Of a DNA stretch of 62,090 bases, positions 31,285 to 40,623 are shown one piece after another. Origin of the DNA: Myxococcales bacterium (GTDB taxonomy: Bacteria > Myxococcota_A > Polyangia > JAAYKL01); the NCBI GenBank assembly GCA_012522445.1, contig JAAYKL010000028.1, positions 1 through 62,090 of the forward strand, given 5' to 3'. The notes below the pieces were generated by a model that ran no database searches, was not told where the DNA came from, and saw nothing but the letters and a program-made list of their open reading frames with translations. The stretch's first letter is position 1. The number at the start of each line of letters is the position of its first letter. A program made the translations under genes and the position numbers.

Positions 31285-31590
31285 ATGCAAGCAGCGAAAA
31301 TCGACACTTCTTCCCCCGAAAAAACCTCCCACACACACGTTGCGCCCAAAGGCACCGTTATCATCGATGAAACGCGCTGCAAGGGATGTGGGTTTTGCAT
31401 CGCCTTTTGTCCTACCCGTGCCTTGGCCTTCAGCGATCGCCTCAACGCCCGGGGCTACCGACTGCCCGAGCTGGCCCATCCGCAAAACTGCAATGGCTGC
31501 GACAACTGCGGCATGTTTTGCCCCGATTTTGCGATTTACGGCGTTCGCCTCCGCACCCCGAAGAAAGCATCCCGCAATGACAAAACGTGA
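31285..31590 (+). CDS. 2-Oxoacid:ferredoxin oxidoreductase delta subunit (two 4Fe-4S ferredoxin)
   Basis: CKGCGFCIAFCP and CNGCDNCGMFCP motifs. Confidence 0.75.
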   Translation: MQAAKIDTSSPEKTSHTHVAPKGTVIIDETRCKGCGFCIAFCPTRALAFSDRLNARGYRLPELAHPQNCNGCDNCGMFCPDFAIYGVRLRTPKKASRNDKT

Positions 31591-32740
31591 AGCGCAACCC
31601 CTCCGCACGGGCTTGCATTTCATGAATGGCAACGAGGCGTGTGCCGAAGGGGCCATCGCGGCGGGCTGTCGCTTTGTCGCGGGTTATCCCATTACCCCGT
31701 CCACCGAGGTGGTCGAACACCTGGCGCGGCGCTTTCCGCGCATCGGCGGCATGTTCATCCAAATGGAAGACGAGATCGCCTCCTCGATTTGCTTTCAAGG
31801 CGCGGTCTGGGCTGGACACAAGGCCATGACGGTCACCTCGGGCCCCGGCCTCTCGCTGATGATGGAGCACATCGGCTTTGCCGCCATGACCGAGACCCCA
31901 TCGGTGTTCATCAATGTCCAGCGCGCAGGCCCTTCCACGGGATTGCCCACCGCCGCCGCGCAAGGCGACATCATGCAGGTGCGCTGGGGTTCCCACGGCG
32001 ACTACGCCATCATCGCCCTGTGCCCCAGCTCGCCCCAGGAGTGCTTCGACTTAACCATTGAGGCCTTCAATCTCGCTGAGCGCTATCGCTGCCCCACCTT
32101 TCTCATGATGGACGAAACCGTGGGGCACATGATGGGCAAGGTGCGCATCCCCGACGCCGCCGACCTCACCGTCGAGCCACGGCGCAACACGACCCGCGCC
32201 CCAGGCGACTACCAACCCTACGCCACCTACGACGGCAGCGATGTCCCCGAAATGACGCGCGCCGGCGATGGACACGCCATTCACGTGACCGGACTCACCC
32301 ACAACGAGAAGGGCTACCCCGACATGTCGTTTGCCGTGCACGACGCACTGGTGCGCCGCCTGCAACGCAAGGTACACACCCACACCAGCGAACTCTTTCG
32401 CCTCGAAGCCGACGGACTCGACGATGCGGATGTGGTGGTCGTCGCCTTTGGCATCACGGCGGGCATCGCCGCCTATGCTGTGACCCAAGCCAGGGCCCTC
32501 GGACGCCGCGTGGGGCTGCTTCGCCTCATCACCCTGTGGCCCTTCGACGAAGCGCGCATCCGCACACTGACGGCCAACGCCCGCGCCGTCATCGTGGCCG
32601 AAATGAACCTGGGGCAAGTCTGCCTGCAGGTGTCCCGCGCGGTGCAGGGCCGGATCCCCGTACACCACATCGGCAACCCCGGCGGCCCGGTCATCGAGCC
32701 CGAAGAAATCCTCGCCGCCATCGAAGGCGCCGCAACATGA
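31577..32740 (+). CDS. 2-Oxoacid:ferredoxin oxidoreductase alpha subunit
   Basis: KorA/PorA/OorA-like (GNEACAEGAIAAGCRFVAGYPITPSTEV). ATG at 31577. The stop overlaps the beta start. Confidence 0.85.
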   Translation: MTKREAQPLRTGLHFMNGNEACAEGAIAAGCRFVAGYPITPSTEVVEHLARRFPRIGGMFIQMEDEIASSICFQGAVWAGHKAMTVTSGPGLSLMMEHIGFAAMTETPSVFINVQRAGPSTGLPTAAAQGDIMQVRWGSHGDYAIIALCPSSPQECFDLTIEAFNLAERYRCPTFLMMDETVGHMMGKVRIPDAADLTVEPRRNTTRAPGDYQPYATYDGSDVPEMTRAGDGHAIHVTGLTHNEKGYPDMSFAVHDALVRRLQRKVHTHTSELFRLEADGLDDADVVVVAFGITAGIAAYAVTQARALGRRVGLLRLITLWPFDEARIRTLTANARAVIVAEMNLGQVCLQVSRAVQGRIPVHHIGNPGGPVIEPEEILAAIEGAAT

Positions 32741-33594
32741 CGCACCAACGCCAAAACCCCATCGAAACCTGGCTGCGCTCCGATCGCATGCCCCACATTT
32801 GGTGCCCGGGCTGCGGCATCGGCACATCGCTCAACTGCTTTGTCCGCGCCGTAGAACGCGCCGCCATTCCCAAAGACAACCTCTTCGTCGTCTCGGGCAT
32901 CGGCTGCACCGGTCGCGTGGCGGGCTACATCGACGTCGACTCCTTTCACACCACCCACGGACGCGCCATCCCCTTCGCCACTGGCCTCTCCCTAGCGCGC
33001 CCCGATGCCAAGGTCGTCGTGTACTCGGGCGACGGCGATCTGGCGGCCATCGGCGGCAACCACCTGATGCACGCCGCGCGCCGCAACGTCGACATGACCG
33101 TGGTCTGCGTCAACAACCTCACCTACGGCATGACCGGTGGGCAGCTCACCCCAACCACCCCGCGAACAGCCGTGGCGAGCACCACCCCCTACGGCAATTA
33201 CGAACATCCCTTTAACCTGCCGCAATTGGCCGACTCCTGCGGCGCCAACTTCGTCGCCCGCTGGACGGTCTTCCACGTGCGGCAACTGACCCGCACCTTA
33301 ACCAAGGCCTTGCGCACCAAGGGGCTCTCGTTTGTCGAAATCATCTCGCCCTGCCCCACCCTTTACCAGCGGCGCAACCGCCTGGGCGACGGCACCCAAA
33401 CCCTCGAGTACTATCGCGATCACTCGGTGGTGCGGCACGGGGCCAACACCGCCGAAGTCGACATCGACTTTCAAGGCGAAATCACGGTGGGCGAATTTGT
33501 GACGCGCGAACGCCCCTCGCTGCGCGAGTGCTACGAGGCCCGCATGCGCGAGGTCCTGCAAGACGACTTCGCCCCCTTTGGGGTGCGCCCATGA
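32737..33594 (+). CDS. 2-Oxoacid:ferredoxin oxidoreductase beta subunit (TPP-binding)
   Basis: WCPGCGIG and SGDGD TPP motifs. ATGA overlaps on both sides. Confidence 0.85.
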   Translation: MTHQRQNPIETWLRSDRMPHIWCPGCGIGTSLNCFVRAVERAAIPKDNLFVVSGIGCTGRVAGYIDVDSFHTTHGRAIPFATGLSLARPDAKVVVYSGDGDLAAIGGNHLMHAARRNVDMTVVCVNNLTYGMTGGQLTPTTPRTAVASTTPYGNYEHPFNLPQLADSCGANFVARWTVFHVRQLTRTLTKALRTKGLSFVEIISPCPTLYQRRNRLGDGTQTLEYYRDHSVVRHGANTAEVDIDFQGEITVGEFVTRERPSLRECYEARMREVLQDDFAPFGVRP

Positions 33595-34133
33595 CCCCCA
33601 TCGAATTGCGTTGCTGCGGCCAGGGCGGCCAAGGGGTCATCATGACGGGCATGGTCGTGGGCAAGGCGGCGGCCATTTACGAAGATCGCCACGCCACCCT
33701 CGTGCAGTCGTTTGGCCCCGAGGCCCGGGGCTCCACCTGCTCGGCCCAAGTGATGATCTCCGACGCCCCGGTTCCCTTCCCCTACGTGCGCCACGCCGAC
33801 ATCCTCGTGGCCTTCAGCCAATCCGCCTACGACAAATTCGTCGCCGAGCTCAAGCCCGGTGCCACGCTCATTTACGAAAGCGATCTGCTCTCCCTCGACA
33901 ACCGCCTCCCCCAGGGCGTTGTTGCTCGCGGCATTGGCGCCACGCGCATCGCCACCGAAGTCCTCGGGCGCCGCATCGTCACCAACATGGTGATGCTGGG
34001 ATTCCTGGTGAAGCAAACCGGTATCGTCTCCAAGGAAGCCGCCATCGAAGCCCTGCGCACCCTGGTGCCGCCCGGAACCTCCGCCTTTAACATCAAGGCC
34101 TTCGAAACGGGCTATCAACAACCACCGGAATAG
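33591..34133 (+). CDS. 2-Oxoacid:ferredoxin oxidoreductase gamma subunit
   Basis: ELRCCGQGGQGVIMTGMVVGKAA gamma-subunit fold. Confidence 0.8.
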   Translation: MTPIELRCCGQGGQGVIMTGMVVGKAAAIYEDRHATLVQSFGPEARGSTCSAQVMISDAPVPFPYVRHADILVAFSQSAYDKFVAELKPGATLIYESDLLSLDNRLPQGVVARGIGATRIATEVLGRRIVTNMVMLGFLVKQTGIVSKEAAIEALRTLVPPGTSAFNIKAFETGYQQPPE

Positions 34134-34497
34134 CCGAGCGCTGCCAAACGGCGCAAGCGCGCTGCCACGACCGCGCACCAACGCACTCTGCGTACGGTAG
34201 CGTCTACGCCATCACGGATTTGGGGTGGAAGTTTTGCGGGGTGCAAGACCGCAGCATGCGCCATGTAGAACCCGCGTGATAATCTTTAATTATGCCCCAA
34301 AAAAAAATCATAAAAAAGTGCGAAAATTGATTTTTTTTTTCATAGCGTGAACGGGCTCGTGAATTGCGGTCTCCAGCCGCACACCAACGAAGGGCTTCCC
34401 GCACGCAGTCGCGATTACACATTCCACTTCAGCCATACACCCAAGCATCCCGGATGCTGCACATGCAACACCTGGGACAAAAAAAGCGAGAGGACTA

Positions 34498-35145
34498 ATG
34501 GACAACACTTTTTTTAAAAAATTTGCCCCCAAAGAACCCAAATTCTTTCCCATCCTAAACGACATCGCCGCGGTAATCGTCTCGGCATCTGAACTGATGA
34601 TCGAGTTTGCTACCCATGGCAACGCGGACAACGCCGAGGAGTATTACACCCAAATCAAAACCGAAGAACGCCGGGGAGACACCCTGCACAACCAAATTTT
34701 TCAAGAGCTGAACAACACGTTCATCACGCCCTTCGACCGCGAGGACATCCACCACCTCGCCACCCAAATGGACGACGTAACGGACTACATCAACAGCGCC
34801 GCCAAAAAAGTCTTCTTATACAATCCCAAAGAGATGCCCGAGGGTGCCGTGGAATTGGCCCGCTTAATCAAGGCCGGGGCCGACACCATCCAACAGGCCA
34901 TCCGCTCCCTAGGCGACCTCAAGAAGAGCCGAAAAGCGATTTTTGAACATTGCACGGAGCTGCACCGCATCGAAAACCAAGCCGACGACATCTACGAAAC
35001 GTTTTTGATCGAGCTCTTCGAAACCCAAAAAGACGGCGTCGAACTCATCAAGCAAAAAGAGATCATGCAAGAGCTCGAAAAGGCCACCGACACGGCGGAG
35101 AGCGTCGGCAAGACGATCAAAACCATCATCGTAAAATATACTTAA
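34498..35145 (+). CDS. DUF47/PhoU-like (TIGR00153) phosphate-transport accessory protein
   Basis: Two PhoU-like helical repeats. Conserved pairing with a PiT transporter gene. Confidence 0.8.
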   Translation: MDNTFFKKFAPKEPKFFPILNDIAAVIVSASELMIEFATHGNADNAEEYYTQIKTEERRGDTLHNQIFQELNNTFITPFDREDIHHLATQMDDVTDYINSAAKKVFLYNPKEMPEGAVELARLIKAGADTIQQAIRSLGDLKKSRKAIFEHCTELHRIENQADDIYETFLIELFETQKDGVELIKQKEIMQELEKATDTAESVGKTIKTIIVKYT

Positions 35146-35196
35146 TATAAACCTGGCCAACGCCGCCAACCCACAGCGGAAAGCGACAGCACCGAC

Positions 35197-36228
35197 ATGA
35201 CACTCCTCATCACCGTCTTGGTCCTCGCGTTGATATTCGACTATATCAACGGCTTTCACGACGCAGCGAACTCCATCGCCACCGTCGTCTCCACGCGCGT
35301 GCTCACCCCATTTCAAGCCGTCCTCTGGGCAGCCGCGTTTAACTTTGTGGCCTATTTTATCGCCAAGTACCTCATCGGTGGCTTTGGCATCGCCGACACC
35401 GTCTCCAAAACCGTAATCGCCGACTTCATCTCGCTGCCCATTATTTTTTCCGGGCTCATCGCCGCCATAACCTGGAACCTCCTCACCTGGTGGCTGGGCA
35501 TCCCCTCCTCCTCGTCCCACACGCTCATCGGCGGATTTGCCGGCGCTGCCATCGCCGCTAGTGGCTTTCACGCCATCCACGTCACCACCATCGTTCTCAT
35601 CGCGTCTTTTATCGTCCTGGCGCCGCTCATCGGCATGGTGGTGGGCATCCTGATCACCCTGGTGACCTTGCACTTGTTCAAAAAGACCAACCCACACCGC
35701 TCCAACACGGTGTTCCAACGCCTGCAGCTCCTCTCTTCGGCCATGCTCAGCATCGGCCACGGATTGAACGACTCGCAAAAGGTCATGGGCATCATCGCCG
35801 CCGCTTTGATTTCGTTCAGCGCACAAAACGACGCCGTTCCCGGCTGGCTCTACTTGACCGACATCAAGGACATCCCCGACTGGGTGCCCTTTAGCTGCTT
35901 CGCGATGATCTCGCTGGGCACGCTCAGCGGCGGTTGGAAGATCATCAAGACCATGGGCAACAACATCACGAAGATCACGCCCCTCGAAGGCTTCAACGCC
36001 CAAACCGCTGGCGCCCTCACGCTCTTTTTCACCGAGGTGTTTAAAATCCCCGTCAGCACCACCCACGTCATCACGGGCTCCATCATCGGGGTGGGCGCCG
36101 TCAAGCGCTTGTCCGCCGTGCGATGGGGCGTCACGCGCCGGCTGCTCGTCGCTTGGATCATCACCATCCCCGTCAGCGCGGCCTTGGCCGCCATTATCTA
36201 CTGGACGCTCGGGCGTTTGCTGTACTGA
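35197..36228 (+). CDS. pitA: Inorganic phosphate transporter, PiT family
   Basis: YINGFHDAANSIAT signature repeated in both halves (NDSQKVMG). Confidence 0.85.
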   Translation: MTLLITVLVLALIFDYINGFHDAANSIATVVSTRVLTPFQAVLWAAAFNFVAYFIAKYLIGGFGIADTVSKTVIADFISLPIIFSGLIAAITWNLLTWWLGIPSSSSHTLIGGFAGAAIAASGFHAIHVTTIVLIASFIVLAPLIGMVVGILITLVTLHLFKKTNPHRSNTVFQRLQLLSSAMLSIGHGLNDSQKVMGIIAAALISFSAQNDAVPGWLYLTDIKDIPDWVPFSCFAMISLGTLSGGWKIIKTMGNNITKITPLEGFNAQTAGALTLFFTEVFKIPVSTTHVITGSIIGVGAVKRLSAVRWGVTRRLLVAWIITIPVSAALAAIIYWTLGRLLY

Positions 36229-36255
36229 GGTTGCGGTACGGAAGGGCGCGGCGCG

Positions 36256-37707
36256 CTATCGGATGACCGGTGGAGCGGGCGCAACGGGAGCCGCAGGTGG
36301 CGTTGGGGACGGCGCCTTGGTGGTGTCGGAGCCCTCGGCAGAGAGATGCCCCAGGTACTCGGGGAGCTCCACGCCAGCCATCTTCGCCACCTCGTGGAGC
36401 GGCGGCAACGACTTGATCAAATTGCGCGCAAAGTCCGCTGTAGACGTCGTGCCCTTGCCCGCGCCAGAGCCCGAATCCCACACCGTGATTTTGTCGAACT
36501 TCAGGCTGCGAATGGCCGCCACTTGCATTTGGGCGATCTCCTCGATTTTTTCGACCATGAGCAATGTGGCCGCTGCCTTGGCATCGCCGTGGCAACTCTC
36601 GACCAGCGCCTGGTATCCCGAGGCTTTGGCGCTCAACACCTTTTGCACGCCAGCGGCTTCGGCTTCGTACTTCATTAACACAGCGTCGGCTTCGCCGCGG
36701 GCTTCTTTGCGGGTGCGCTGGGCCACGGCTTCGGCGTCGATCTCGATTTTGCGCTTGTTGATCTCGACCTGCACCACTTCGGCGGCGTTGAGGCGCTCTT
36801 GCTCGGCCAGGTATTGCGCCTTTTGAATTTCGACTTCGGCCACGCGCTTGGCCACTTCGCCCAGGCGCAGGGCTTCGGCTTGTTTGACCGCCAGGTGGGC
36901 GTTGTAGTCGGCGATGTTGGCCTCGGCCAGGTTTTCGCCCTTCACCGCTTCGGCCTCTTGGTGCTGCACGTAGACGCGCTGTTCGGCCTGGGCTTTCTTT
37001 TGCCCCTTGATGGACTCAGCCACGTTTTCGGCCACGCGGATCTCTTTTTCGCGGGTGGCCTCTGCCTCGCCGATGGAGCCGAGTTTTTCTTGCACAGCGA
37101 CGTCGACCTTGGCGGTGTTGATGGCCTCGGCGGCGGCCTTTTTACCGATGGAGAGGATGTAGTTGGATTCGTCGGTGATGTCGGTGATGTTGACGTTGAT
37201 GAGGTACAAGCCGATTTTGTTCAGCTCGGGCTCGACGTTGGAGCGAATGGCCGACAGAAAGGATTCGCGGTCCTGGTTGATTTGCTCGATGGTGAGCGAG
37301 GCCACGGTGAGGCGGAGCTGACCGAAAATGATTTCGCGCGCCATGCTCTCGATTTCGCGCGGGGCCAGCCCCAGCAGGCGCTCTGCGGCGTTGTTGGTGA
37401 TCTCCGGAATGGTGGAGACACCCACGGTAAAGGTGCTCGGCACGTTGATGCGGATATTTTGCAGCGACAGGGCGTTTTGCAAATCGATGTTGATCGTCAT
37501 CGGGGTGAGGCTCATGTACATGTAGTCTTGAAAGAGCGGGATCACGAGGGCGCCACCGCCGTGCATGCAGCGCGCCGATTGGCCCTTCCCCACCTTGCCG
37601 AAGACCACCAAGATTTTGTCGGAGGGACAGCGTTTGTAGCGCTTGGCCAGGTAGATGGTCATGGAGAGCGCGATAAAAACAAACGCGGCGATTAACAGGA
37701 TATACAT
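36256..37707 (-). CDS. Flotillin-like SPFH/band-7 protein (YqiK/FloT family)
   Basis: N-terminal TM, SPFH domain and a long EA-repeat coiled coil. RBS GAAGG. Confidence 0.8.
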   Translation of the reverse strand: MYILLIAAFVFIALSMTIYLAKRYKRCPSDKILVVFGKVGKGQSARCMHGGGALVIPLFQDYMYMSLTPMTINIDLQNALSLQNIRINVPSTFTVGVSTIPEITNNAAERLLGLAPREIESMAREIIFGQLRLTVASLTIEQINQDRESFLSAIRSNVEPELNKIGLYLINVNITDITDESNYILSIGKKAAAEAINTAKVDVAVQEKLGSIGEAEATREKEIRVAENVAESIKGQKKAQAEQRVYVQHQEAEAVKGENLAEANIADYNAHLAVKQAEALRLGEVAKRVAEVEIQKAQYLAEQERLNAAEVVQVEINKRKIEIDAEAVAQRTRKEARGEADAVLMKYEAEAAGVQKVLSAKASGYQALVESCHGDAKAAATLLMVEKIEEIAQMQVAAIRSLKFDKITVWDSGSGAGKGTTSTADFARNLIKSLPPLHEVAKMAGVELPEYLGHLSAEGSDTTKAPSPTPPAAPVAPAPPVIR

Positions 37708-37722
37708 GCTCGACCTTCTTTC

Positions 37723-38322
37723 TTATTCGGGGGCCTTGTCGGCGGTGATGGCTTCGACGATGAAGCGACTGTTGACAACCGAAACAACGCGCACGCGGCT
37801 GTCGGTGGGGATGGAGGCACCCCCTTCGGTGATGGCATCGCAGATGCGCTGCTGTCCCTGTATGGCGATCTCCACCTGGCCGACGCCGCCCTGCGGAATG
37901 GTCAAGTACACGCGCCCCTCTTGGCCGACAGCGTTGTTCAGGTTGAGGGTGCCGCTGCTCTGCAAGGAGCGAAAGAAAGCAAAGAGACGCGCCACGAGGT
38001 ACATGGCGCCGCCGCCCGCGACAATGCCGCCCAGCAAGGCCCAGTAGGCAGCGAAGTCCTCTTGCAACAACAGCAGTCCCACGATGCCAAAAATCATGAA
38101 GAAAACGCTGATGCCCTGCACCGAGAGAAATTGGAAGTCCACGTCGGAGCTGGCGTGCCCGCTCAATAGCGCCCCCGATGCCGACTCGCCCTCCACACTT
38201 TCGGCGCCATCACCGCCGATGAGCATGAGCACAAATTGGGTGACAAAGACAGCGCCGCCCAAGCCACCGAGCACCGCAAAGGCCTTTCCCAGGCCATCGA
38301 GTCCCGCATACCACTCCTGCAT
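37723..38322 (-). CDS. NfeD/YqiJ-like membrane protein (partner of flotillin)
   Basis: TM segments plus a C-terminal OB-fold NfeD domain. Sits 15 nt upstream of the flotillin gene. Confidence 0.65.
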   Translation of the reverse strand: MQEWYAGLDGLGKAFAVLGGLGGAVFVTQFVLMLIGGDGAESVEGESASGALLSGHASSDVDFQFLSVQGISVFFMIFGIVGLLLLQEDFAAYWALLGGIVAGGGAMYLVARLFAFFRSLQSSGTLNLNNAVGQEGRVYLTIPQGGVGQVEIAIQGQQRICDAITEGGASIPTDSRVRVVSVVNSRFIVEAITADKAPE

Positions 38323-38504
38323 AAAGCGCCTCCTCTTTTACTGGGCTACTGGGCATCGGATTGTGAAACCGCCTCAAAATTTACTCCACATAAGCAGCGA
38401 GTGCAAACCCGGCATGCGCGTGCCATCGCGCCCATATTGTTGACGATAACATCAAGGAATGTATAACCATTCCCAGTTGGCAAGACCCGATAGGCAGCAA
38501 AGAA

Positions 38505-40175
38505 ATGAAGAAATTTATCGTAATATTGGCACGCCCGGCACACTACGACGACGACGGATACCCCATCACCTGGAAAAAGGCGATCATCCCCTCCAACTCC
38601 ATCGCCGTACTCTATGGCTTAATCCAAGACTGCGCCGCGCGAAAAATTCTGGGAGACGACGTCGAGATTCAGATCGACATCATCGACGAAGCCAACCGGC
38701 GCATCGACCCCAAGCGCATCGCCAAACGCCTCAAGCGGGCCAACACCCGCAGCATGGTGGCCTTTGCCGGCGTGCAGTCCAACCAGTTTCCGCGCACCCT
38801 CGAGCTGGCCGACAAACTCGTGGCCATGGACATCCCCGTGTGCATCGGCGGCTTTCACGTATCGGGCTATCAGGCGACCATGGGCGCCCTGCCCGACGAG
38901 GCCCTCGAAGCCCAAAAGCGCGGCATCAGTTTTTTCACCGGCGAAAGCGAAAACGAACGCCTGCCCGAAGTGCTGCGCGACGCCTATAACGGCCAGCTCA
39001 AACCGCACTACGACTACCTGGGCCAAATGGTCGACCTGCAAAACGAACCCCATCCCCTGCTCCCCTACGAAGAGCTGCACCGCACCACCGGCAGTTACGC
39101 CGCCTTCGACTTGGGCCGCGGCTGTCCGTTCAAGTGCTCGTTTTGCACCATCATCAATGTGCACGGCCACAAAAGCCGTTTTCGCACCGTCGAAGACCTC
39201 GAAAAGATCATCCGCGCCAACCACGCCCTGGGCACCGACCGCTACTTCATCACCGACGACAACGTCGCGCGAAACAAAAACTGGGAGGCGCTCTTCGACA
39301 AGCTCGCCGCGTTGCGCAAAGAGGGCATTCCCATCCGCATCTTGGCACAGGTCGACACCGGCAGCTATCGCATCCCAGGCTTTATCGCCAAAGCTGTGGC
39401 CGCGGGCGTCGACCAAATCTTTGTCGGCATGGAGAGCATCAACGAAGCCAACCTGGCCGCCGTCAACAAAAAGCAAAACAAGGTGAGCGAGTACCAAGAG
39501 GCCCTGCGCGCCTGGAAAAAATACCCCGTGGTCATCACGGCCGCCTACATCGTGGGCCTGCCCGCCGACACCCGCGAAACCGTTATCCGCGACGTGACGC
39601 GCATCAAAAAAGAACTGCCCATCGACACCATCTATTTCAGCAATTTGACCCCCTTGCCCGGCAGCGTCGATCACCGCGAGATGGTCAAGGCCGGCCAGTG
39701 GATGGATGACGACCTCAACCTCTACGACACCCACCACTGCGTGGTCGAACACCCCCTGATGAACAAAGATGAATGGATGCGCGCCAACAAAGAAGCCTGG
39801 CGCACCTTTTACACCTGGGACCACATGGTCACGGTGCTCAGACGCCTGGTGGCCAGCCGCAGCAACAAGCGCCGCACCACCATCTACCGCCTCGCCCTGT
39901 ACAGTTGGTTTGGCTGCGACACGCCCATTCACCCCATCGACGGCGGCATCTGGCGCAAACGCTGCCGCACCGATCGCCGACCGGGCATGTCCCTCGAAAA
40001 TCCGCTGGTGTTTTATCCGCGCCACTTTGTCCACAACGTGAGAGACACCCTGTCCATCGTGCGGCGCTACAACAAATTGTGGCGGGCATACAAAAAAATC
40101 CGCAGAGATCCGGCATCTCTCCAGTACACCGATGAGGCCCTGGGCCAACGCACCGAAAATCCCGCAAAAGCGTAA
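38505..40175 (+). CDS. B12-binding-domain radical SAM protein (class B), function unknown
   Basis: N-terminal Rossmann cobalamin-binding domain. CxxxCxxC as GCPFKCSFC. 556 aa. Sigma-70-like promoter TTGACG-16-TATAAC at about 38440. Confidence 0.8.
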   Translation: MKKFIVILARPAHYDDDGYPITWKKAIIPSNSIAVLYGLIQDCAARKILGDDVEIQIDIIDEANRRIDPKRIAKRLKRANTRSMVAFAGVQSNQFPRTLELADKLVAMDIPVCIGGFHVSGYQATMGALPDEALEAQKRGISFFTGESENERLPEVLRDAYNGQLKPHYDYLGQMVDLQNEPHPLLPYEELHRTTGSYAAFDLGRGCPFKCSFCTIINVHGHKSRFRTVEDLEKIIRANHALGTDRYFITDDNVARNKNWEALFDKLAALRKEGIPIRILAQVDTGSYRIPGFIAKAVAAGVDQIFVGMESINEANLAAVNKKQNKVSEYQEALRAWKKYPVVITAAYIVGLPADTRETVIRDVTRIKKELPIDTIYFSNLTPLPGSVDHREMVKAGQWMDDDLNLYDTHHCVVEHPLMNKDEWMRANKEAWRTFYTWDHMVTVLRRLVASRSNKRRTTIYRLALYSWFGCDTPIHPIDGGIWRKRCRTDRRPGMSLENPLVFYPRHFVHNVRDTLSIVRRYNKLWRAYKKIRRDPASLQYTDEALGQRTENPAKA

Positions 40176-40250
40176 ACTCTTCGGTTGAAAACAAACGCCC
40201 GCCGGATTATTTACGGCCATCGCCGTGGTGCACGATGCGACACCCACCGA

Positions 40251-40337
40251 GCCAGGGTGGCGGAAATGGTAGACGCAAGGGACTTAAAATCCCTCGAGTA
40301 ATTGCTCGTACGGGTTCAATTCCCGTCCCTGGTACCA
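40251..40337 (+). tRNA. tRNA-Leu (anticodon TAA), CCA encoded
   Basis: GCCAGGGTGGCGGAAATGGTAGACGCAAGGGACTTAAAATCCCTC plus a long variable arm and T-arm ACGGGTTCAATTCCCGT. G1 pairs with U72 as a wobble pair. Confidence 0.85.
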
Positions 40338-40623
40338 AAACAAACAACGCACATCGACACGCCATGCGCTGCGCCAACGCAGTGCAAACACCGCGCACCT
40401 CTCAAACGCGCTGCGTGCGCCAACAAAGATGCAAACTGCGATAAAACCTATTGCGCGGAATGAACGAGTTCGGTTAAATTCCGCCCGTGTCACGTGTTGG
40501 CAAAGCACCAAGCGCCCACACAAAAAGTGAACAGCAGGAGATCCAAACACCCCCCCGAACGTCGCTATTGGTGAATGGGCGATAATCGCTACCACGCAAA
40601 CCCATGCTGTTAAGGAGATACAG

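Noticed and set aside
40338-40623. 286-bp gap downstream of tRNA-Leu as a possible integration site, att remnant or small RNA
   Set aside because: No direct repeat of the tRNA 3' end, no integrase or transposase, and no obvious structured RNA. The segment ends in the AAGGAG RBS of the TTG-start gene, so it is most simply a promoter/UTR.
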